NCBI GenBank assembly: GCA_963975265.1
Contig: CAXBGT010000008.1
Coordinates: 14,053-46,052, forward strand
Reading direction: 5' to 3'
DNA: 32,000 bases
DNA from: an uncultured Saprospirales bacterium
GTDB taxonomy: Bacteria > Bacteroidota > Bacteroidia > Chitinophagales > Saprospiraceae
Shown: in pieces, positions 20,184-28,979 of the stretch
How positions within the stretch are numbered: position 1 is the stretch's first letter
How the letters are laid out: each line of letters begins with the position of its first letter
Translations under genes and position numbers: made by a program
Notes under the pieces: model-generated
Seen by the model: the letters and a program-made list of their open reading frames with translations, nothing else
Databases searched by the model: none
Told to the model about the DNA's origin: nothing

Positions 20184-20211
20184 GGCGGCTGATTCCAGCT
20201 GTCTTTTTTTT
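20184..20211 (+). terminator. orphan plus-strand intrinsic-terminator-like hairpin with a T8 tract
   Basis: GGCGGCTG (20184..20191), loop ATTC, CAGCTGTC (20196..20203), then 8 T (20204..20211). Two of the eight pairs are G:U, so the stem is complete only in plus-strand RNA. No plus-strand ORF ends here. Confidence 0.45.
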
Positions 20212-20221
20212 ATCCTACAAC

Positions 20222-20256
20222 GTAAAAAGGGTCTAATCAATTAAGATTAGACCCTC
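20222..20256 (-). terminator. intrinsic terminator after fusA (end of the str operon)
   Basis: Perfect 10-bp stem GGGTCTAATC (20229..20238) with GATTAGACCC (20245..20254) and a 6-nt loop. The minus-strand RNA continues UUUUUACG. It lies 30 nt after the fusA stop. Confidence 0.8.
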
Positions 20257-20284
20257 TATTATTCTATTAAGAATTAAGCTTATT

Positions 20285-22411
20285 TTACTCTCCTCTTGCT
20301 TCAGCCATCACTGCTTCTACAATACTCTTAGGTGCTGCATTGAAGTGTGAAAACTCCATGGTACTACTTGCTCTACCTGATGTTATCGTTCTCAAATCAG
20401 TAACATATCCGAACATTTCAGATAATGGAACTTCTGCATCAATTGTTACAGCTCCACCTTGTCTAGGTACTTGCCCTTTTGGAAGACCCCTTCTTCTATT
20501 CAAGTCACCAATAACCGACCCTGTATACTCTTCTGGAGTAACAATAGTCAATTTCATGATAGGCTCTAACAGTACTGGCTTAGCTTTTGCCGCTGCCGCT
20601 CTAAATCCTTCCTTTGCACAGAGCTCAAATGCTATAGGCTTAGAATCCACTGCGTGGGTATTACCATCGTACAGCTCAACTTTCATACTATCAATCTTGT
20701 ATCCTGCAAGGACACCATTGTTCATCATAGCATTAAATCCCTTTACAATTGAAGGGAAAAATTCTCTAGGAATAGATCCACCAACAATCTTGTTTACAAA
20801 CTGTAGCTTGGTCTTACCTGACTTAAATTCGTCAGATTCTAAAAACTCTTCATCAGCTGGGCTCAATCTAAAAGACATCTGTGCAAAAAGTCCAGATCCC
20901 CCTGATTGCTTTTTCAACTTTTCTGTATGATCTACTAATTTAGTTAAGGCCTCTTTATATGTTACTTGAGGAGCTCCTTGGCTACAATCAACTTTGAATT
21001 CTCTTCTTAACCTGTCAATAATAATCTCTAGGTGAAGTTCTCCCATTCCTGAGATAATTGTTTGGTTAGTATCTTCGTCATATCTAACTTTGAACGTTGG
21101 ATCCTCTTCAGCTAGTTTAGATAGAGCCATTCCTAACTTATCCAAATCCTTTTGAGATTTAGGTTCAACCGCAACACCAATTACCGGCTCAGGGAATACC
21201 ATACTTTCTAATACGATAGGTGCACTTGCATCACAAATAGTATCACCTGTTCTCAAATCCTTGAATCCCACACCTGCAGCAATATCTCCAGCTTCTACTC
21301 TTGGAATTGCATTCTGCTTATTTGAATGCATTTGATAAAGTCTTGAAATTCTTTCTTTGTTACCTGATCTTGTATTCAAAATATAAGATCCTGCATCAAG
21401 CGCTCCAGAATAAACTCTAAAGAAAGCTAACCTACCTACGAATGGATCAGTTGCAATTTTAAATGCCAGTGCACAGAAAGGCTCGTCCACAGATGGCTTT
21501 CTCAACTCTGGCTCATCCGTATCTGGATTAGTACCTGTAACAGCCTCAACATCAAGAGGAGAAGGTAAGTATGCACATACTGCATCAAGTACCGCTTGCA
21601 CTCCTTTATTTTTGAATGCTGAACCACACATCATTGGAACGAACTTGTTATCTAGTACTGCGCCCCTTACTGCGTCTATCATTTCTTGTTCAGTGATAGA
21701 ATCTGGATCTTCGAAGTATTTCTCCATCAAAGTCTCATCATAATCAGCTACAGCTTCTAACAACTTCTCTCTCCACTCTGCTACTATATCTACCAAATCT
21801 TCAGGCACAGGAATCTCCTTATATGTAGCACCCATATCATCTTCATTCCACACGATTGCCTTTCCCGTGATAAGATCAACCACTCCTTTGAATGTTTCTT
21901 CCGCTCCGATAGGAACTTGAAGAGGAATAGCATCAGAACCTAATTTTTCTTTCACATCTTTTACCACTGAAAAGAAATCAGCACCAGATCTGTCCATCTT
22001 ATTAACAAAACCGATTCTTGGTACATTATAGTTATCAGCCAATCTCCAGTTAGTCTCAGATTGTGGCTCTACACCAGATACTGCACAGAATAGGAATACA
22101 AGACCATCAAGCACTCTCAATGATCTATTCACCTCAACAGTAAAATCAACGTGACCCGGAGTATCAATGATGTTCATTGGGAAATCTTGATTTTTCCAAT
22201 TCCAGTTGGTCTTAGTAGCTGCAGAAGTAATAGTGATACCTCTTTCTTGCTCTTGTTCCATCCAATCCATAGTAGCCGCACCATCATGTACTTCACCAAT
22301 CTTGTGGCTCATACCTGTATAGTAAAGTACTCTTTCTGTTGTTGTAGTTTTACCCGCATCAATGTGCGCAGCAATACCAATATTTCTAGTGAATTTTAAA
22401 TCTTTTGACAT
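20285..22411 (-). CDS. fusA: translation elongation factor G
   Basis: 708 aa, with [19 protein letters not shown] (G1), DTPGHVDF (G3) and NKMD (G4). Located downstream of rpsG. Confidence 0.98.
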   Translation of the reverse strand: MSKDLKFTRNIGIAAHIDAGKTTTTERVLYYTGMSHKIGEVHDGAATMDWMEQEQERGITITSAATKTNWNWKNQDFPMNIIDTPGHVDFTVEVNRSLRVLDGLVFLFCAVSGVEPQSETNWRLADNYNVPRIGFVNKMDRSGADFFSVVKDVKEKLGSDAIPLQVPIGAEETFKGVVDLITGKAIVWNEDDMGATYKEIPVPEDLVDIVAEWREKLLEAVADYDETLMEKYFEDPDSITEQEMIDAVRGAVLDNKFVPMMCGSAFKNKGVQAVLDAVCAYLPSPLDVEAVTGTNPDTDEPELRKPSVDEPFCALAFKIATDPFVGRLAFFRVYSGALDAGSYILNTRSGNKERISRLYQMHSNKQNAIPRVEAGDIAAGVGFKDLRTGDTICDASAPIVLESMVFPEPVIGVAVEPKSQKDLDKLGMALSKLAEEDPTFKVRYDEDTNQTIISGMGELHLEIIIDRLRREFKVDCSQGAPQVTYKEALTKLVDHTEKLKKQSGGSGLFAQMSFRLSPADEEFLESDEFKSGKTKLQFVNKIVGGSIPREFFPSIVKGFNAMMNNGVLAGYKIDSMKVELYDGNTHAVDSKPIAFELCAKEGFRAAAAKAKPVLLEPIMKLTIVTPEEYTGSVIGDLNRRRGLPKGQVPRQGGAVTIDAEVPLSEMFGYVTDLRTITSGRASSTMEFSHFNAAPKSIVEAVMAEARGE

Positions 22412-22447
22412 GATATCTGTGTGTGATTGTATTTTTATATCTAAAGG

Positions 22448-22483
22448 AAATAGGTTAGAAGAAAAAAATCCGCTAACCTATTT
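22448..22483 (-). promoter_or_regulatory. perfect 11-bp stem-loop in the 175-nt rpsG-fusA intercistronic spacer
   Basis: AAATAGGTTAG (22448..22458) pairs with CTAACCTATTT (22473..22483) around a 14-nt loop. It lies 36 nt upstream of the fusA ATG. There is no U-tract after it on the minus strand, so it is not a terminator for the operon. Function unknown. Confidence 0.35.
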
Positions 22484-22586
22484 TATTATTTTTACTAAGT
22501 TACCGCAGAAAACGCCTACTCAAAATCTAATAGTTCAGAAAGTAAAGCGTTATCTATCAGGATCAAAGAACATTTTCGCTTAATTA

Positions 22587-23054
22587 CTAAACTCTAAAGT
22601 GCGCAAATGCTCTGTTAGACTCCGCCATTTTGTGCGTATCTTCCTTCCTCTTCACTGCTGCTCCTTCATTTTTACTTGCTGCAATTAACTCAGAAGCTAG
22701 TTTTTCAGCCATTCCTTTACCAGATCTAGCTCTAGAGAACCTTACCAACCACTTCATTCCGATTGATAATTTTCTTGAAGCCCTGATTTCAGTTGGAATC
22801 TGGAACGTTGCTCCACCAATTCTTCTTGATCTTACTTCTACAGCCGGAGTAGTATTTACTAACGCATCTTTCCACACTTTATGTGGATCTTCTCCAGTAC
22901 GCTCTTGAATCTTGTCCATTGCTTCGTAAAACAATCTAAAAGCTGTACTTTTCTTTCCAGCCCACATCAGATTATTTACAAATTGAGTTACCATTATGTC
23001 ATTAAACCTTGGATCTGGTTGGATGACTCTCTTTTTTGGCTTTCTTTTTCTCAT
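22587..23054 (-). CDS. rpsG: 30S ribosomal protein S7
   Basis: 155 aa, MRKRKPKKRVIQPDPRFN...VEVRSRRIGGATFQIPTEI...NRAFAHFRV. Confidence 0.97.
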   Translation of the reverse strand: MRKRKPKKRVIQPDPRFNDIMVTQFVNNLMWAGKKSTAFRLFYEAMDKIQERTGEDPHKVWKDALVNTTPAVEVRSRRIGGATFQIPTEIRASRKLSIGMKWLVRFSRARSGKGMAEKLASELIAASKNEGAAVKRKEDTHKMAESNRAFAHFRV

Positions 23055-23090
23055 TTCTTATCTTTATCTATTCTTGATAAATGGATATTA

Positions 23091-23465
23091 TTATTTCTTA
23101 GGTTTCTTAGCACCGTACTTAGATCTACTTTGAGTTCTATCAGCAACACCCGCTGTATCTAGCGCTCCTCTTACGATTGTATATCTTACCCCAGGTAAAT
23201 CCTTTACTCTACCACCTCTGATCAATACGATAGAGTGCTCTTGTAGATTGTGACCTTCTCCAGGAATGTATGCAATAACTTCGATACCGTTTGTAAGTCT
23301 CACCTTAGCTACTTTTCTAAGTGCTGAGTTAGGCTTCTTAGGAGTTGTAGTATATACCCTAGTACATACTCCTCTTCTCTGAGGGCATGAGTCAAGAGCT
23401 CTTGATTTACTCTTTTCTACAATCTTCTTTCTACCCTTCTTAACTAACTGATTAATAGTTGGCAT
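23091..23465 (-). CDS. rpsL: 30S ribosomal protein S12
   Basis: 124 aa, [12 protein letters not shown]...[22 protein letters not shown]. The PKKPNSA segment has the streptomycin-sensitive wild-type form. Confidence 0.98.
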   Translation of the reverse strand: MPTINQLVKKGRKKIVEKSKSRALDSCPQRRGVCTRVYTTTPKKPNSALRKVAKVRLTNGIEVIAYIPGEGHNLQEHSIVLIRGGRVKDLPGVRYTIVRGALDTAGVADRTQSRSKYGAKKPKK

Positions 23466-23536
23466 ATGCTACCTATTTTTATCTTTATTTACATTGAAAT
23501 TTTTTGAGAAAGATGAGACTTCCCCAAAAGCGAGTG

Positions 23537-23567
23537 CAAATGTAGGATTATTTTATTAAATAGACAA
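23537..23567 (-). promoter_or_regulatory. promoter of rpsL-rpsG-fusA (Bacteroidota -33/-7 type)
   Basis: The minus strand reads gTTG (23567..23565)-N20-TACATTTG (23544..23537)-CACTCG, with an exact TAnnTTTG. It lies 71 nt upstream of the rpsL ATG. Confidence 0.6.
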
Positions 23568-23962
23568 CATGCATTTGTGCATTTTTTCACTCTAGGCCTA
23601 ATTTTTCTATGAATTGATCGAAATTTCCAAGATCTGCCCTTCCCTTCGACCTCAAAAATTCTAAACTACACCACTTGGAACATTCTTCTTGTTGGCAATT
23701 TGCCATATTTTCAAAATATTATTTGCCCAATGGCGTTATATGTTATCTTTCTATAATATGATTAGAAAATAAACAAATATAATTTTTTATAATATGATTT
23801 ATATATTATAAATACTAAAATCTATTCTTTCCTTCCCTTACCTTCATTAAAGCATTGTAAAGCGACCGTTTTGATAGAGTTATTCACTTCTTTAGTCGAT
23901 AATGAACCCCATTACAGAACAAAAGACTAATTTTAAGGATTCTATTGGCAAAGCAATATATA

Positions 23963-24493
23963 ATGACGACAATAAGACAATACAAAATAGGTGGAAATCC
24001 AAACGGTGGCCGTGGCGGACCATTCGGGATGATAGGATCAATTATCATGCTTGTTATAGGACTTCTTCTAGCTTATATGGTGTTAAAAGGCGTTTTTACA
24101 TTACTATTTTGGCTATCCCCTATATTATTGATAGCTGGTGTAGCGGTAGACCCTAAAGGAGCGCTTAATATTGCTAAATCTTTTATTAATCTATCGAAGA
24201 AAAACCCACTAATACCGTTAGGAATCATATTACTGTCAGCTTTGTGGTTTCCAGTTGTTCCAGGGATTATTGGTGCGCTAACAGGAGGTTTCCTCCTTGC
24301 TAAGTATGTAGTAAAAAAGAAAATCAAAAGAGTTTTCAACCAACATGCTATGCAGGAAAGCTCAGAAGAACCAGAAGAATTCGTAGATTATGAAGTGGTG
24401 AATGAAGAAGAAGATTTCCTAAATTTGCCTCCCGCCGAGCCTAAGGCAGAACCTCAAAAAAGGTCGAATAATGAATACGACAATATGTTCTAA
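23963..24493 (+). CDS. hypothetical ~4-TM membrane protein with an acidic C-terminal tail
   Basis: The ORF is open from 23945 (TTG). I prefer the first ATG at 23963 (MTTIRQYKIGGNPNGGRGGPFGMIGSIIMLVIGLLLAYMVL...). It has four hydrophobic segments and then the tail ESSEEPEEFVDYEVVNEEEDF...EYDNMF. From memory, the FVDYE-type tail resembles small DUF4834-like Bacteroidota proteins; this is not verified. Confidence 0.6.
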   Translation: MTTIRQYKIGGNPNGGRGGPFGMIGSIIMLVIGLLLAYMVLKGVFTLLFWLSPILLIAGVAVDPKGALNIAKSFINLSKKNPLIPLGIILLSALWFPVVPGIIGALTGGFLLAKYVVKKKIKRVFNQHAMQESSEEPEEFVDYEVVNEEEDFLNLPPAEPKAEPQKRSNNEYDNMF

Positions 24494-24539
24494 GAAATAA
24501 TAAGTTTAAATTTACTAACCCCTTAATCATACTTATAAC

Positions 24540-25667
24540 TTGGAGATCGGATTATTCATATTTACAATCTTTGTCGCCATAGGTTATGCTATTATGATTT
24601 CTAGAATATCAAAAGGGTGGGAATCTACACCAGAGTGGGATATTCCCAACAACTATAACCCCTCCGTTCTTACTAGCGTAATCATAGCTGCTAGAAACGA
24701 AGAAAAGCAAATTAAAGCTTGCCTAGAATCAATTTTAGCATGCGATTACCCTAAAAGTTTATTAGAAATAATAGTAATAGATGATGCAAGTACAGACGAT
24801 ACATCAACACAAGTCAAGTCAGTTAAAAGCAATACAGTTCAACTTCTTCATTCTGATCAAAACGCAGGAAAAAAAGGTGCCCTTGCATTAGGCATATATG
24901 CCTCAAGAGGAGACTTAATTATTACAACCGATGCAGATTGTCGAGTTAATCCCAATTGGCTCAAATGTATTGTGAGTTACTACCAGAAAAACCAAGCAAG
25001 ACTCATAGCAGCTCCGATTCAATATGCAGTTGATAAATCATTGCTTCAACGTTTCCAATATATTGACGGCATCAACAATATGGCAGTAACTGCTAATGGT
25101 ATCCTGAATAAGTCTTACTTTATGGCCAATGGGGCTAATCTTGCTTATGAGAAATCACTATTCAATGAATTAAATGGTTTTGATAAAAGTGCAAAAATCG
25201 CCTCTGGTGATGACATGCATATGGTACAATCCGCCGCTGATTTGGATCCATCTTCTGTACAATTTATAAAATCAAAAGACGCCATTGTATTTACAAAAGC
25301 GGAAAACGACCTATTCAGCCTAGTCAGTCAAAGAAAAAGATGGTCTACAAAAACCAAATGCTACAGTGATAAAAGAATTATCAAGATTCAGGGCTATGTG
25401 TTCTTTTTCATTTCTCTCTTATCGCTGAATTTATGTCTATCTTTTTTTGGATTTGGACTCAGCTTTTTCGGGTTGCTTTTTGGTCTATTTATTAAGTTAT
25501 CAATTGACTATTTATATCTAACCAAACTAGAAGAATATTTTGAATCCAAAGATGCTCTAAAATCGTTTTTACCAGCTTCGTTCATGTTTTTGATGTATGT
25601 TTTGCTAGCAGGATGGTGGGCATTGTTTCCGTCTTCATATGAATGGAAAGGAAGAAAATCAAAGTAA
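24540..25667 (+). CDS. family-2 glycosyltransferase, processive-type signature (D,D,D,QxxRW), membrane-anchored
   Basis: 375 aa, with VIIAARNEE, IVIDDASTDDT, ITTDADC (DxD), SGDDMH and QRKRWS. It has an N-terminal TM and C-terminal TM helices (VFFFISLLSLNLCLSFFGFGLSFFGLLFGLFI). The only in-frame start before the N-terminal TM is TTG at 24540, so the start is uncertain. Confidence 0.8.
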   Translation: MEIGLFIFTIFVAIGYAIMISRISKGWESTPEWDIPNNYNPSVLTSVIIAARNEEKQIKACLESILACDYPKSLLEIIVIDDASTDDTSTQVKSVKSNTVQLLHSDQNAGKKGALALGIYASRGDLIITTDADCRVNPNWLKCIVSYYQKNQARLIAAPIQYAVDKSLLQRFQYIDGINNMAVTANGILNKSYFMANGANLAYEKSLFNELNGFDKSAKIASGDDMHMVQSAADLDPSSVQFIKSKDAIVFTKAENDLFSLVSQRKRWSTKTKCYSDKRIIKIQGYVFFFISLLSLNLCLSFFGFGLSFFGLLFGLFIKLSIDYLYLTKLEEYFESKDALKSFLPASFMFLMYVLLAGWWALFPSSYEWKGRKSK

Positions 25668-25738
25668 CCAGTCAGATGCTTAATCAGGACGTTCAAGACA
25701 ATTTGAACATTCTACCGAACATCACTAAACAAAACTCC

Positions 25739-28243
25739 TTAAAACTCTCCACCACCACCTTCACCACCTTGATATCCTCCTGCATTTGGTCTATCTTTCT
25801 TTTTATTAATTCTATAATTAACTGTCACCGAAAGCGTCCTTGGTCTCCATTGAAATTCACTTTCTTCATAGAAATCATCTGCAATAAATTCTCCTCTACG
25901 TTTTCGATTGTTAAACGCATCTTGAACAGAAACAGTGAATGTGAGATCAGGAGTAAAATCCTTAGAAAAAGCAATATTTAATGTAGTTATTGATTTTGTA
26001 TTCCCTTGCAAAGTTTCTCTTGGTGCACGATAATTTAATCTAAGTTGCAAATCCGCATTATTCCAAAAGGAAATTCTAGAATTAAGTCTTGAGGTCCATG
26101 CGTAGTTATCTACATTAAAATTCTGCCCACTTTCTGCAGTTCCTTTTGTAATGAATCTAAATCCATTGATACTTCCATCCAATCTTAACCACTTTATGCC
26201 TGTATAGGCGAATAAGAGTTCAAACCCCATATTCTCTCCTGTACCCACATTTTCAGGTCTTCTGATCGTTGTTTGGTTTTCTATATCTTGCGTTTGTACT
26301 CTTTGAATATTATCACTTGTACGTCTGTAATAAATGGAAGACCCAATATTCCCTGACTCCCAATATTTTAGATGACCTATCTCGTAACTATCTGTGAATT
26401 CTGGATTCAAATCTGGATTTCCGCTCCAGAAATTCCTTCTATCAGTAAAAGTAAAAAATGGATTCAAATCCCAAAATCTCGGTCTTCTTATTCTTCTACT
26501 ATAGCTCGCTTGAAAAGAATTTTCCCCTGCCATTTTGTATGAAAGAAATCCACTCGGAAAGAAATTTATATAATTTCGATCATTCAACTTATTGGTCTGA
26601 AGTAGTTCTGTTTTGATGTTAGAATATTCCGCTCTACCTCCAATTTGAAATGATATCTTTTCGAAATCTTTACCCACATTTGCATATGCACCTAGGACAT
26701 CCTCTCCGTATATAAAATCATTAGACAACCCTTCTTCAGTTATCCAAATTCGATTTTCAGGAGACTCCAGTGTAGTCAGAAATGACTCGACAAGATAATT
26801 ATTTGTGATTTCTCTAAAAGTTCCCAAAGCTCCCATTTCTGTTTTAAATCCATTATCAAATGGTTTGCTATAATCTAACTGTAATCTCCATTGCTTTTGA
26901 CCTTCATTATTTGCAGATCTTTGTTGGAGAATATCATCATTAACTAGGAGGTTGTTTTGAAAAAGCGATTCTCTAAAAAAAGAAGATTCCTCTTCATCAT
27001 TACTCTGAAAACTTATATCCCCAGTAAGTTTATGACCATCGGCTTTAAATTTCTTGTCATATCTAAGACTATATTCTAATGTAGGCTCTTTCTCTACTTC
27101 AGTATCCGTCCTTAGTAGATGTTGGTCAAAAAAGGATTCATTTGGCCTAATCGAAACGGGGCCCGCTGGAAAATCTGCATCCCTGTACTCTACAAAATTA
27201 TTATTATTATCTGTTCCATATCGATAAAGGAACGCGGCTGTAAGTACTTCATTATCACTGAGTAAATAGTCACTCCCAAATCTAAAACTATGATCTTCTC
27301 CAGCTCGCTCTCTAAGTTGATTCTGAAGGGACACTTTGGTAACATCTTCTAAGTAAAACTCTTGGTATCTACTTCCTTTTGAGTCTCCTGTCCGATTTCT
27401 ATAGCTGTAATTGAGAAAAAAGTTGAATTTGTCTTGTCTGTAATTCAAATTCGCTCCAGCCCCATACTGGATTGGCGTCCCACCAGTCACTTCAAACGAG
27501 CCATTGAAACCCTTCGCTCTATCCTTTTTTAGTATGATATTGATGATTCCTGCCATACCTTCAGCTTCGAATTTTGATGACGGGTTTGTGATGACCTCTA
27601 CCCTTTCAATCATACTTGCATTAATTGTTCGCAAACCATCTGTACCATTAAGGCCTATCAACCCAGATGGACGACCGTTGATCAAAATTCTTACATTCTC
27701 ACTACCTCTAAGACTTACCTCTCCTTCTACTCCCACGGTAACTGAAGGAATATTATCGAGTACATCAGATGCATTTCCTCCTCTTGATGCAAGATCTTTA
27801 CCAACATTAAAGATTCTTTTGTCTAATGAAAATTGCATGTCACTCTTCTCGGCTCTGACTACTATTTCATCAAGATTAACTCCTCCAACAGACATTACAA
27901 TTACACCCATATCAATGACAGAACTCCCCTTATCAGGAACTATATTATCTATTATCAAGGATTCATAACCGATGAACTCTATCTCGGCATACATAGTACC
28001 AACTGGCTTGATATTAAACGAAAATGAACCGTCAGCTTCCGAAATTCCCCCAGTAAGCAATGTAGAATCTTTCTTTGCAAAAATTGAAATGGTCGCGAAC
28101 TCTAAATTTAGCTGTGATGATTGATCGACAACTTCACCTTTGATCGTAATCATCGAAGATTCTCCTTGTCCGCGATTTGGCCTTTGAGCCCAAGAGAAAT
28201 TGACTAGAAAAATGCAAGTCACCAGTGTGTATATGTACTTCAT
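25739..28243 (-). CDS. TonB-dependent receptor / outer-membrane beta-barrel family protein with an N-terminal carboxypeptidase-regulatory-like domain
   Basis: 834 aa. Signal peptide MKYIYTLVTCIFLVNFSWAQ and CarbopepD_reg-like ITIKGEVVDQSS...ADGSFSF. Plug-like VLDNIPSVTVGVEGEVSLRGSENVRILINGRPS, long beta-barrel region, and a Gly-rich end with terminal Phe (GGGGEF). No susD-like partner lies next to it. Confidence 0.85.
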   Translation of the reverse strand: MKYIYTLVTCIFLVNFSWAQRPNRGQGESSMITIKGEVVDQSSQLNLEFATISIFAKKDSTLLTGGISEADGSFSFNIKPVGTMYAEIEFIGYESLIIDNIVPDKGSSVIDMGVIVMSVGGVNLDEIVVRAEKSDMQFSLDKRIFNVGKDLASRGGNASDVLDNIPSVTVGVEGEVSLRGSENVRILINGRPSGLIGLNGTDGLRTINASMIERVEVITNPSSKFEAEGMAGIINIILKKDRAKGFNGSFEVTGGTPIQYGAGANLNYRQDKFNFFLNYSYRNRTGDSKGSRYQEFYLEDVTKVSLQNQLRERAGEDHSFRFGSDYLLSDNEVLTAAFLYRYGTDNNNNFVEYRDADFPAGPVSIRPNESFFDQHLLRTDTEVEKEPTLEYSLRYDKKFKADGHKLTGDISFQSNDEEESSFFRESLFQNNLLVNDDILQQRSANNEGQKQWRLQLDYSKPFDNGFKTEMGALGTFREITNNYLVESFLTTLESPENRIWITEEGLSNDFIYGEDVLGAYANVGKDFEKISFQIGGRAEYSNIKTELLQTNKLNDRNYINFFPSGFLSYKMAGENSFQASYSRRIRRPRFWDLNPFFTFTDRRNFWSGNPDLNPEFTDSYEIGHLKYWESGNIGSSIYYRRTSDNIQRVQTQDIENQTTIRRPENVGTGENMGFELLFAYTGIKWLRLDGSINGFRFITKGTAESGQNFNVDNYAWTSRLNSRISFWNNADLQLRLNYRAPRETLQGNTKSITTLNIAFSKDFTPDLTFTVSVQDAFNNRKRRGEFIADDFYEESEFQWRPRTLSVTVNYRINKKKDRPNAGGYQGGEGGGGEF

Positions 28244-28421
28244 AAATAGTAATAAGTCCTAATTTTTAATATTCTTCAATCAAAAGAAAAAATCTCATAA
28301 ATTGTTCGCCAAAAGAAATCTTTATTTCAATAATTTATTTCAAGAAAAGTCTTTGCTGTCTGCAATGAGGTTGCTCTAATTCGTCTGTAAAAAAAATTGG
28401 TCTTTCATTAAAGCTAGGTGT

Positions 28422-28773
28422 TTACCATTGTACCATTGTTATATTTTCATCACTAGCCTCCTTCTTCACCCTAGTCACATGCGCCTCTCCAATTCCATTT
28501 CCTCGATATTTTTCATGAAGAAATAAACAAACCATGTAGCAATATTCAGAAGCATTCCAGGGCGAATATTGATTTATCCAAACAATATAGCCTGTGTCTC
28601 AGCCTAATATTTTTTGTAACTCAACATTGTAATTTTGGTGATTAGAATAAAAGCAATCGATAACTTATCAGCTTTACCAAATCTCTCGTCTGCCTACTTT
28701 TCCCAAGCTGCATGTGATACACATAAGTATATAATCTGATTTTTTTGATCAACTTCTGGCTTAATAACTCATG
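28422..28773 (-). pseudogene. decayed GNAT-family N-acetyltransferase
   Basis: Minus-strand hand translation gives an intact C-terminal piece DTGYIVWINQYSPWNASEYCYMVCLFLHEKYRGNGIGEAHVTRVKKEASDENITMVQW* (28598..28422). LHEKYRGNGIG is the acetyl-CoA motif A. Upstream, the same frame reads ...W*S**VIDCFYSNHQNYNVELQKILG* with four in-frame stops. The candidate ATG at 28773 is out of frame (352 nt span). Confidence 0.7.
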
Positions 28774-28979
28774 ATGAATTATTTGGAAATACAAATGAAA
28801 TTTAGATAACAATAATACATGAATTTAGTACTGATTAAAAATTAACACATTGTGAAGAACTTATTATCTTAATACTAGAATCCATAGCATTGTCAAAGTA
28901 GTCCTTCTAACCTGTTTCTTACTAGTTTCAACCTAACTCTAAATACCTTATATTTGAAATATGGAACACGATAATAAAA

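Noticed and set aside
15960-20284. Calling the two-component wedge a mobile element
   Set aside because: The window contains no integrase, transposase, IS-type terminal inverted repeats or tRNA target. Only the marginal 27-bp direct repeats point that way, so I report it as an insertion-like island and not as a mobile_element feature.
22362-22583. 73-aa plus-strand ORF covering the rpsG-fusA spacer
   Set aside because: It starts antisense inside fusA and runs through an intercistronic spacer. The composition is non-protein-like. The spacer hairpin is a better explanation of the local structure.
23693-23705. TGGCAATTTGCCA resembles a sigma-54 -24/-12 element (TGGCA...TTGC)
   Set aside because: The GG-to-GC spacing is 8 nt instead of the required 12. 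It is better described as a simple 6-1-6 palindrome.
23752-23799. 12-bp exact direct repeat TATAATATGATT at 23752..23763 and 23788..23799 in the rpsL divergent region
   Set aside because: It is pure A/T-rich sequence in a ~500-bp A/T-rich spacer. My rough estimate is that such a repeat arises by chance with probability of order 0.4.
23902-24156. 84-aa plus-strand ORF overlapping the start of the membrane-protein gene, and the 88-aa minus ORF at 24073..24339
   Set aside because: These are alternative-frame or antisense overlaps of the 23963..24493 ORF, which has coherent TM segments. These translations look like frame artefacts.
25691-25708. GTTCAA-N6-TTGAAC hairpin between the convergent GT2 and receptor genes, as a possible bidirectional terminator
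   Set aside because: It has only a 6-bp A/T-rich stem and no flanking U/A tracts. That is too weak to annotate.
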